Part shown: positions 29,541-39,100 of the stretch, one piece after another | Layout of the letters: the number at the start of each line of letters is the position of its first letter | Numbering within the stretch: position 1 is the stretch's first letter | Assembly (NCBI GenBank): GCA_963662275.1 | Contig: OY759316.1 | Location: 1,888,001-1,952,000 of the forward strand | DNA from: Candidatus Cloacimonadales bacterium | GTDB lineage: Bacteria; Cloacimonadota; Cloacimonadia; Cloacimonadales; DAONDQ01 | Length of the DNA stretch: 64,000 nt | Reading direction: 5' to 3' | Translations under genes and position numbers: made by a program | Notes under the pieces: model-generated | What the model saw: only the letters and a program-made list of their open reading frames with translations | The model's database searches: none | Told to the model about the DNA's origin: nothing

Positions 29541-31253
29541 CTATTTCAATAAGACCATCTTTCTATTCACGGTTGCATTGTTCATGCTGATCATGGCAAA
29601 ATAAACTCCGGAAGCCACTGCATTATTATTGTCATCTTTCCCATTCCAAGTAACTGAATGTTGTCCCGCTATTTGGTTTTCGTTGATGAGAGTTCTCACA
29701 TGCTGACCTTTAATATTATAGATACTCAGTTCTGTTTGCCCTTTTGTTGGTAGGATGTAGGATATGGTTGTTGTGGGGTTGAAAGGGTTGGGGTAGTTAC
29801 TTAAACAAAGACATGAACCAAGAGATGGAATATTGTTATCCTCCACTGCTACCGGTACACCGAACTCATAGGCACCCATATCAACACGAGTAATACTATC
29901 TCCATTCCCATCCCATAAACGAGCACAACCAGCTAAATCCATTGCTGGAAGATTTAATCCAGTTATGTCGGGTACTCCTGTATCAATACACGGAGACAAC
30001 ATGGTTAATGAATAATTACAATTGTTAGGGCTTGAAAAGAGAGGGTTTTGATCAATATTGTTTGTATATAAGGAAGTATCATAAGGTACATCACTAAAAG
30101 CAAAGTCAGCTAATCCATCTTGGATATCGCAATAACTGATAATCGGTTGGCTATTATCTGAACCTGAACCTGAATCTAAGGATACTTGGTTACCTTCGTC
30201 TGCGCTGTTACCCCAAATGATATTATTTATTAATGTTGGAGAACCACCGCCACATTTAATTCCACCTCCTTTATCATGTGCAACATTATAAACAACAGTG
30301 TTATTGGCAATAATACCTGCGCCATATTCAACATTTATACCCCCAGCATTATTGTCAGAAGAAGTATTGTGAGCAACCAGATTTCCGATAATCATAGGAG
30401 AACCATAACCACATGATATTCCGCCTCCCGGTGCTCCAGCAGTATTGTTGACAATTATATTATTAATTATTGTAGGTGAATCATATCCGCATAAGATTCC
30501 CCCCGCTGATCCATCTACTGCACTATTGCTCATTATTGTGTTATCGCATATATTAGGAGAACCATAAAGGGAAAAGATTCCACCACCATCTCCAGATGCG
30601 CTATTGCCAATTATTAAATTATTGCTTATTTTCGAAGAACTATAATAACAGAAAATTCCAGCGCCAGCTTCTGAAGTATTGTATTTGATTTTATTGTATG
30701 TTATGATAGGCGCGCAGTTGTAAATAAACACTCCTCCACCAACAATGACATATACATCTAGTGCAGGAGAGACAATATGTACTAAAGTGCTGGCAAGATT
30801 GTTCGATATTCTATTGTGTGATATCCTCAGCTTGGAGAAATTACTTACATTGATTCCGGAATTATTGCTGTTTTCGATTATTGAATAGGTTATGAAGGTC
30901 GAGTCGTTTGCAACCGAGGTGCTATCAAATTGAATACCACCCCATCTTTGACCAACCACTGCAGTATTAAAATGAATACTGTCCTGTTCTGTACCTTGAG
31001 CCAAAAGTCGCCCGAATACTTTCAGGCTGTAATTTCCCTGGAAGGATACGCTAATTCCCGGATTGATTGTAAGGGTAATCCCGTTGTTCACGGTAATATC
31101 ACCGGTCACACGTACAGAATCTACTCCTGACCAAATAGTGTTTGTGGTTATTGTTCCTGAAGCGTCGAAATACGTTGCTTGAAGCATAAGAGGAAATACC
31201 ATAACCAACATTGTAATGAAGAAAAGTAAATAGATTCTGTTTTGTTTAAACAT
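29541..31253 (-). CDS. Secreted right-handed beta-helix protein with FlgD/T9SS-like C-terminal domain (array gene A)
   Basis: Signal peptide; GGGI/N-rich repeats; SPCIDTG..RVDMGAYE; NYPNPFNPTTTISY...WNGKD..SGVYF..RKMVLLK. Confidence 0.85.
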   Translation of the reverse strand: MFKQNRIYLLFFITMLVMVFPLMLQATYFDASGTITTNTIWSGVDSVRVTGDITVNNGITLTINPGISVSFQGNYSLKVFGRLLAQGTEQDSIHFNTAVVGQRWGGIQFDSTSVANDSTFITYSIIENSNNSGINVSNFSKLRISHNRISNNLASTLVHIVSPALDVYVIVGGGVFIYNCAPIITYNKIKYNTSEAGAGIFCYYSSSKISNNLIIGNSASGDGGGIFSLYGSPNICDNTIMSNSAVDGSAGGILCGYDSPTIINNIIVNNTAGAPGGGISCGYGSPMIIGNLVAHNTSSDNNAGGINVEYGAGIIANNTVVYNVAHDKGGGIKCGGGSPTLINNIIWGNSADEGNQVSLDSGSGSDNSQPIISYCDIQDGLADFAFSDVPYDTSLYTNNIDQNPLFSSPNNCNYSLTMLSPCIDTGVPDITGLNLPAMDLAGCARLWDGNGDSITRVDMGAYEFGVPVAVEDNNIPSLGSCLCLSNYPNPFNPTTTISYILPTKGQTELSIYNIKGQHVRTLINENQIAGQHSVTWNGKDDNNNAVASGVYFAMISMNNATVNRKMVLLK

Positions 31254-31285
31254 TTTCTCTCCTTATCGTTTTTTAATGCTTTCAT

Positions 31286-31420
31286 GTAGAGTAGGACGCT
31301 GTTCCTGCTTTCTGCATTCGAACTTCCCCAGACTCCGTTCCTGCTGAATCTACCTTCTTGCAGAGCAGATGTTGAAATCAATTCAACAACCACCGAAAGC
31401 AATTCGGCGTTCCTTCTGCA
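31286..31420. repeat. Intergenic REP/hairpin mosaic (A-B gap)
   Basis: GTAG REP at 31286; 77-bp block 31344-31420 matches 36030-36106 with one mismatch. Confidence 0.85.
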
Positions 31421-34400
31421 TCACCTGACTGCCTTCACATAGTAAAACAATCGTCTGTTTCCCATCCTACTGCATGTCCAGGTGATACGAGTTGAGCGTG
31501 ATTTTAGATCGGCTCTTTCAGTACCAAAGGTGCCATATCCAGTCCATTCTGAATAATTTTCATTCGGGAAATTGCTGACAAAAACCTTGTATGAACTTGC
31601 TGTATAAACAGCATCCCAGCTTAGTTTGACATTCTGCCCTATCATTTCAATTGCCAGATTTTGTGGTATACCCAGAGTTTGAGGCGGATTAACATGCAAA
31701 CTTATGGGAATCGTATATTGAGGATTTCCAGGTTCATCGCTGGTTATGATTACATTACCTGTGAAATCTCCTGCCCACAATGCGTCTGAAGCTAATTGTA
31801 TAGTTCCATGGTTTGTGCTACTTGCATTGACAGTACCAGACCATGCATTTACGGAGATCATCGGGCAAATTCGTATTGCTAAATTGCTATGAATATAGGA
31901 AGCATTACGCACTATTTGCAGTCCCTGAGTACCATCCTGATTTTCAATTCCAACTGCACAAAGGTTGTTTAATGCACTCGCATTCAGATATTGCATCGTT
32001 ATACAGCCATCTGAATTTAAAATTACTTCAAATGTTTCAAAATAACCTGAAGTGTAATAATGCGAGTAATTCTGATACTCAATAATCACTCTGTTGTTTG
32101 AAGAATCATCATAAAAATAGATATGTGCATCCGAAGTTTCAGCGCTTAGATCTTCCCAGTATGCCGCGATGAGATTGTTAGGTTCGTTTGCATCAGGGAT
32201 TGGGTAACTGTCAATATCAGAACCATTATAACCTGTGTTAAATGTCAGTAGCCCATTCGTTGATATTTGTACTTGATTATAGGAGCTATTGAAGTAAGGA
32301 AAATTAAAAGGCATATCCATTATTTTGTATCCATCATCTGAGTCTCCATAATCGAGCCACCAATTGGTTATAATCTCTGTTCCTACAGATGATATGTCTA
32401 TCCAATTAAATGCAGGTCCTCCATCCTGATCACTATCGATCCACGAATAAGTATAACTTCCCGGTACACCGCTACCCCTTGTAGAAATCGTGCTATTCCT
32501 GCTTGAACTTGCATCTACACTGATGGAATAATTCACTGGCTGATCGCTTGTATTTTCGATTGATAGAGGTATGCTTGCCTGATCACCAACATAAAGTGAT
32601 TGTGTAATGGAAGTAGGGGTTATATTCAATGAATTACTTTGATAATATGCTAAAATAAACTGACCGGTTGTCATTATATCATTGAATGTGGCAGTATTCA
32701 TTGATGCATTTACAGAGATAGCAGATGAGACTAATAGCCAGCTTGCATCAGAACTACTGCTACGAGAGTAAAGCTTGATATCATTTGGTTTGCTCTGATT
32801 TGTCATGGTCAGGTCTTCATTCAAGGTAAAAGTTAGATTCGCAGAAAAAATACCTGCACCGAAACGATTCATTTCCCAATACTGGTCATCATAAACGGAA
32901 GTTACTTCAGTTGGATTGACATTTGGACTGCCATTCAGTTTTGCGACGGTTAATCTTGCATCATTTGCGGTTGTGAAGAAGGAACTTAGTCCGGTTCCTG
33001 TAAATGTTACAGTACCTGTAGCTTCAGTTTGTGAATTAGAGATACCTACTGAAAATGGCAGGGTTGAAGTAAGCCAGTTTTCATTACCCATATTGATCAT
33101 AGTTCCGTTGTTGATAGAAACAAAATCGTTTAATTGAGTTCCAGTCGCTTCATTGAATTGCCAATAACTTACCAGACCAACCTCTGTACCAGTCAAAGGA
33201 AGGTACATTCTTTCCCTTATTTGGTCATCTGTCCTTACTACATTCCAGATCCGCACTTCATCCATTGAACCATTGAAAAGCTGGTTCGTATTTGTACCGG
33301 AACCAATCACTTTATCACTGCTGTTGTTGATGAATGCATAAGCATCATCGCTCAATAGTGTCTGCAAGACACCGTTAACATAAATCTTATGAGTACCTGC
33401 TCCTGTTCCGGAACGTGTATATGCGATATGAACCCATTCACCGGTTGATATGGCATTAACATCGGTTTGGGCAACCCAAGTATTAACTCCGCTTACTGCC
33501 ACCCTTCCAGTTCCTCCTCCGCCAGTGCCAATCTCTAATTGGAAGGAACCGGGTTGGTTATTTTTTCTGGTTGAGAAGATACCATATCTTCCAGTAAGAT
33601 TGTTCGGCTTTATCCAGGCTTCAATTGTCAGAACACTTCCCACATCGAAACAACTGCTATTCCCAAGATTGATATATTCATTGCTGCCATCAAATATAAG
33701 GGCAGTTCCAACAGTACTGCTTGTTGTTGGATAACTTCTGCAAACCAGGAATTGACCTGTATTTGATATACCGGAGAAAGTTGCCTGGTTTGAATCTGCA
33801 TTGACACTTATCGCAGAAGTAAGGATTAGCCAGCTACCATCAGAGTTGCTTTCACGAGAATATAGCCTGATTTGGTTTGGATGGGATTGATCATCTGCAG
33901 TTAAGTCTTCGCTTATAGTAAGTGTCATATTTCCATTGAAAGAACCTGTCCCATAGCGATTCGCAATCCAATACTGGTTATCAAACACTTCATTTACACC
34001 TGTTGGAATCAGATTTGGATTTGTGTTTAACTTAGTAACTGTAACTGATGCTGAATTATGTGCGGTGTAATTCATGGAAAAGTCTGTTCCTGTGAAAGTG
34101 ACAACACCTGTAGCTTCTGTTTGGGTATTGGATATTCCACTTCCAAATGGTACAGTAGATGTAATCCAATTACTATTTGACATGTTATTGAGAGTTCCCA
34201 TACGACAGTTAGCAGCATCTGTAGCAATTGTTCCTGAGCTTTCATTGAATTGCCAGTAATTCTCTAGTCCGGTCTCAGTTCCGTTTAGAGGTAAATACAT
34301 ACATTCCCGAATTTGCTGTTGTGTCCTTGCACAATTCCAGATGCGTACTTCATCTATTTTACCATCGAGAGTTTCCGAGGAATCACTGAATTTGAAATTG

Positions 34401-35908
34401 CCATCTAGCGAGTATAATCCACCAGTAATGGTTGAACTTTTTAATAAATTGCCATTCAGGTAGAGTTTCATATTTATGCCATCGAAAGTGCCTGCAACGT
34501 GCATCCATTCCCCGGTTGTCAATACACTGTCTGCTCGCAGGGAAAGGAATGTACCATCTGCTTTTTTTAAGTAAAAATGTAAGGACCTATATCCACCTTC
34601 TCCAGATGCGTCATATCGAATCACAGCAACTTCAGGACTGACTGCTACGTATCTCTGTATTTCACCTGCCTGGAGTGTGTTATGATAAATCCAAGCTTCG
34701 ATTGTGATTGCTGTGCGTGATGTATTGATACCTGTTCCACTTACATAATCATCGGTTCCATCAAAAGTAAGACAATTGCTCATCGTGGTTCCAGGAGCTT
34801 TGAATTCTTCATAAGCACCCATCTCGATTCTACCGTTAATGATACGACTGCCTCCTCCTATATCATAGGCACCAACTGTTGTTGTTGTGGTAGTTGGGTC
34901 TCCGGTATTGATACAGGGTGATGCCATTAAAAGATCATAGGGATTCAAGCCTGAACCAACAAATTGGGGATTGGAATTAATATTATTTTCGTAAGTACCT
35001 GAATATCCGGATACCTGTGAAAGCAAATTTTCCAATCCACCCTGTACATCGCTATAATATACATTGGGATTGTTATGATCTATTCCAAATATGGCCAAAT
35101 TGTAATCCGAATTCCCATAAATTATAGTATTTCTGATGATAGGGGAGGAATTGCTACTGCATCTAATTCCACAATTCGTATTATTTACAACCGAACAATT
35201 CAGGATCGTTGGATTTGATGTACTAAGATATATTCCACCACCATATTGTCCAATGGTTGCCGTATTATTGTATATAAGCAGATTTTTCAGAATAGCATTG
35301 GAGTCGATACGTATTGCCCCTCCCATTGTAGCTGTATTGTTTTTGAACACACAATTAGAAAGATTGATTAACGATACCGCACTAATATAAATTGCTCCAC
35401 CGGCACCCCCGGGAACAGTTGCTGTATTATTTTGAAACGTGCAATTGGAGATCAGTAATTTGCTGAAAGCGTAAACAAATATTGCCCCTCCCCGGGCGTT
35501 CATACTTGTACCGGTTGTTTTTCCGTATTCCAGTGTACAATAAACGATTTTTGAGGAATCATTGGTTGCTGGGGTATTATCAAATATGATTCTATTCCAG
35601 CCGGTAGTATGATCATTATTAGTAAAAGTGATCAAGTTGGAAGAATTGCCTACAGCCAGGAGCCTGCCATTGACCTTTAGGTAGTAATGTCCCTGGAAGG
35701 ATACTTTAATTCCTGGATTGATTGTAAGCGTTATTCCATTGTTCACTGTGATATCACCAGTTACCCGTATAGAATCGACGCCAGACCATACAGTATTGGA
35801 TGATATTGCCCCAGAAGCGTTGATATAAGTTGCTTGGAGCATAAGAGGAAATACCATAACCAACATTGTAATAAAGAAAAGTAAATAGATGCGATTTTGT
35901 TTGAACAT
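31421..35908 (-). CDS. Large secreted protein: beta-helix, 2x LamG-like, nidogen-like and FYYVKAVR C-terminal domain (gene B)
   Basis: Signal peptide; GGAI repeats; TIEAWI..GEW.H.AGT.DG..LY.NG..DE.RIWN LamG motifs; WIDSD..GGP.FNW, PFNFPYF, ISTNG and IAAYWEDL. Confidence 0.85.
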   Translation of the reverse strand: MFKQNRIYLLFFITMLVMVFPLMLQATYINASGAISSNTVWSGVDSIRVTGDITVNNGITLTINPGIKVSFQGHYYLKVNGRLLAVGNSSNLITFTNNDHTTGWNRIIFDNTPATNDSSKIVYCTLEYGKTTGTSMNARGGAIFVYAFSKLLISNCTFQNNTATVPGGAGGAIYISAVSLINLSNCVFKNNTATMGGAIRIDSNAILKNLLIYNNTATIGQYGGGIYLSTSNPTILNCSVVNNTNCGIRCSSNSSPIIRNTIIYGNSDYNLAIFGIDHNNPNVYYSDVQGGLENLLSQVSGYSGTYENNINSNPQFVGSGLNPYDLLMASPCINTGDPTTTTTTVGAYDIGGGSRIINGRIEMGAYEEFKAPGTTMSNCLTFDGTDDYVSGTGINTSRTAITIEAWIYHNTLQAGEIQRYVAVSPEVAVIRYDASGEGGYRSLHFYLKKADGTFLSLRADSVLTTGEWMHVAGTFDGINMKLYLNGNLLKSSTITGGLYSLDGNFKFSDSSETLDGKIDEVRIWNCARTQQQIRECMYLPLNGTETGLENYWQFNESSGTIATDAANCRMGTLNNMSNSNWITSTVPFGSGISNTQTEATGVVTFTGTDFSMNYTAHNSASVTVTKLNTNPNLIPTGVNEVFDNQYWIANRYGTGSFNGNMTLTISEDLTADDQSHPNQIRLYSRESNSDGSWLILTSAISVNADSNQATFSGISNTGQFLVCRSYPTTSSTVGTALIFDGSNEYINLGNSSCFDVGSVLTIEAWIKPNNLTGRYGIFSTRKNNQPGSFQLEIGTGGGGTGRVAVSGVNTWVAQTDVNAISTGEWVHIAYTRSGTGAGTHKIYVNGVLQTLLSDDAYAFINNSSDKVIGSGTNTNQLFNGSMDEVRIWNVVRTDDQIRERMYLPLTGTEVGLVSYWQFNEATGTQLNDFVSINNGTMINMGNENWLTSTLPFSVGISNSQTEATGTVTFTGTGLSSFFTTANDARLTVAKLNGSPNVNPTEVTSVYDDQYWEMNRFGAGIFSANLTFTLNEDLTMTNQSKPNDIKLYSRSSSSDASWLLVSSAISVNASMNTATFNDIMTTGQFILAYYQSNSLNITPTSITQSLYVGDQASIPLSIENTSDQPVNYSISVDASSSRNSTISTRGSGVPGSYTYSWIDSDQDGGPAFNWIDISSVGTEIITNWWLDYGDSDDGYKIMDMPFNFPYFNSSYNQVQISTNGLLTFNTGYNGSDIDSYPIPDANEPNNLIAAYWEDLSAETSDAHIYFYDDSSNNRVIIEYQNYSHYYTSGYFETFEVILNSDGCITMQYLNASALNNLCAVGIENQDGTQGLQIVRNASYIHSNLAIRICPMISVNAWSGTVNASSTNHGTIQLASDALWAGDFTGNVIITSDEPGNPQYTIPISLHVNPPQTLGIPQNLAIEMIGQNVKLSWDAVYTASSYKVFVSNFPNENYSEWTGYGTFGTERADLKSRSTRITWTCSRMGNRRLFYYVKAVR

Positions 35909-35942
35909 TTTTTCTCCTTATCGTATATGATTTACTCTTTGT

Positions 35943-36106
35943 GTAGCAGAACGCCGTTCATGCTGAATCATAAGTAGGGATAGACCCATGTGTCTATCCT
36001 CTGTTATGTAGAGTAGGACGCCGTTTATTCTGAATCTACCTTCTTGCAGAGCAGATGTTGAAATCAATTCAACAACCACCGAAAGCAATTCGGCGTTCCC
36101 TCTGCA
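35943..36106. repeat. Intergenic REP/hairpin mosaic (B-C gap)
   Basis: Three GTAG elements (35943, 35974, 36008) plus the GCAGA...TCTGC nested hairpin. Confidence 0.85.
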
Positions 36107-39100
36107 TCACCTGACAGCCTTAACATAGTAGAACAATTTATTGTTTCCCGTCAAGGAATATGTCCATGTTGCTCTACTTTTTGTGTTCCTATCTTTATTT
36201 CTGCTATTGAAACTACCTGATGAAGTAACATCAATGAATGTTCCATAAGGATCGTTACAAGCGTATACTTTGTAGGAATTTGCAGTAGTGACTGTATCCC
36301 AGCTAAGTTTGACATTCAATCCGATCTTTTCGATGGTCAGATTTTGAGGCGTATTGAGAGCTTGATATGGGTTGACATGCAAATTCACGGGAGTCGTATA
36401 TTGTGGATTAAAAGGTTCATTGCTGGTGATGACGATATTGCTAGTGAAATCACCAGCCCACAATGCTTCTGCATTTAATTGAACGTTTACTTGGTTTGTA
36501 CTATGTGCATTGACTGTTCCAGACCATGTATTCATAGAGACCATTGGGCAGATTTTGATAGCTAAATTGCTATGAATATAGGAAGCATTGTGTACTATTT
36601 GTACTCCTTGGATACCGTCCTGGTTTTCAATGCCGACAGTACAAAGATTATTGAGTGAACTTGCATTCAGATATTGCATCGTGATACAGCCATTTGCATT
36701 CAAAATCACTTCAAATGTTTCATGACAACTGGAATTATCATAGTGTGTGTACTTCAAGTATTCGATGATGATTCTATTGTTTGCAGAATCATTATAAAAA
36801 TAGATATGTGTATTCGAGTTTACATCCATTAAGTCTTCCCAGTAAACCGCGATCAAACTGTTTGGGGTGGCTGTATGAGGTATATTGTTATCATAATTAT
36901 CATTGCCATTATAACCTGTGTCAAATGTCAGTAACCCATTCGTGGATATTTGCACCTGACTATATGAGCTATTGAAGAAAGGAAAATTAAAAGGCAATGG
37001 CATAACTTTGTATCCATCATCAGTGTTGCCATAATCGATCACTCCATTAGTTATGATCTCAGTGCCACAGCCTGCTATATCTAGCCAGTCAAATACAGGT
37101 CCTCCCGTTTGATCACTATCTATCCAAGAATAGGAATAACTTCCCGGTGAACCATTACCTCTTGTTGAAGCAGCGCTATTCTTGCCTGAACTTGGATTGA
37201 CACTTATCGTATAGTTTACGGGCAGATCGCTTATATTCTCGATTGAGAGGGGTACATTTGCCTGATCACCCACGTATAATGATTGAGTTATTGAAGCAGG
37301 CGTTACATGCAACGAGGGACTATGATTATAGGCTAAAATAAACTGACCGGTTGAAGTGATAGCATTAAAAGTAACCGTTTTGAGAGTTGCATTCACAGCG
37401 GAAGCTGAAGCAACGTATTGCCAGTTTGAAATCGAATAGCTGGTGCGACGATAGAGTTTGAAATCAGAGGGAAAATCCTGGTTCTCTGAAGTTAAGTCTT
37501 CATTTAATGAAAATGTCAGATTTGCAGCAAAACTACCAGTACCATAACGATTCATTTCCCAATACTGGGTATCATAAACATGTGAAACACCTGTGGGATT
37601 AACATTCGGACTGCTATTCAATTTTGTAACTGTGAACCTTGCTCCATTTGCTGTTGTAAAGAAGGAACTCAACCCGGTTCCCGTAAAAGTAACTGTTCCT
37701 GCCGTTTCATTTTGCGAATTGGAGATACCCACTGAAAATGGCAGGATTGAAGTCATCCAGTTTTCATTCCCCATATTGATTAGAGTTCCATGATTCGTTG
37801 AAATATTATCGTTTAATTGTGTACCGGTTGCTTCGTTGAACTGCCAATAACTGACCAATCCTGTCTCAGAACCTGTCAATGGCAAATACATGCTTTCCCT
37901 GATTTGATCTGGTGTCCGTGCTACATTCCAGACACGTACTTCATCCATGACTCCATTGAAGAATTGACCCCCTTGAGTACCTGATCCAATCACTTTATCA
38001 CTGGTATTGGAAACAAATGAATAGCTGTTATCATTCGTTATCGTTTGAGATACACCATTGATGTAAATATATTGAACTCCTGCTCCGCTTCCGGGTCCAA
38101 CACCTGCGCGGGTATAAGCAATATGCACCCATTCACCCGTTGTAATGGCATTATCACCAGTTTGAGCATACCACATGCTTACACCTGAGACTGCAACTCG
38201 TCCAGTTCCACCACTTCCCGTCCCGACTTCCAATTGGAAAGAGCCGGCTTGATTGTTAAGCCTGGTGGAGAAAATACCTGTACGTCCAGCTAGACTGTTT
38301 GGTTTTATCCAGGCTTCGATGGTAATATAATCTCCAGTATTGAAAGAACTGCTGTTTCCAACATTGATGTACTCATTGCTGCCGTTAAAAGCCAAGGTTG
38401 TTCCTTTCAAATTGCTGGTTGAAGGATAATTTCTGCATACCACGAATTGGCTGAATTCTGAAATGCCGGAGAACGTTGCCTGGTTTAACGATGCATTCAC
38501 ACTAATGGCAGAAGTAACGATATTCCAACTTCCTTCAGACCCGCTGTTACGAGAATAAAGCCTGATATGGTTAGGATGTGACTGATCATCAGTTGTTAAG
38601 TCCTCGCTCAGGGTAAGAGTCATATTTCCATTGAAAGAACCAGTTCCATATCGATTCACAACCCAATACTGATTATCGAACACTTCATTCATATCTGTGG
38701 GAATAATATTAGGACTTGTATTTATCTTAACAACTGCAACAGATGCAGAATTCTGAGCAGTGTAGTTCATGGAAAAGCCAGTTCCTGCAAAGTTCACCGT
38801 TCCAGTCATTTCCGTTTGTGTATTAATGGACCCGCTTCCAAGTGGTATTGAAGAAGCTATCCAGTCTTCATTTGCCATACTGTTCATTGTTCCACTGCAT
38901 CCTCCGACTATATCCATTACGGTTGTTCCTGTATCGGCATTAAATTGCCAGTAGTTCAATAATCCGGATTCGCTGCCTGTCAGAGGAAGATGCATACTTT
39001 CTCTGATTTGGGATTGTGAACGTGCATAATTCCAGATACGCATTTCATCCATCCTACCGTTGAATGTTTCTCCAGAACTACTGAATGCAAAGCTTCCCGA

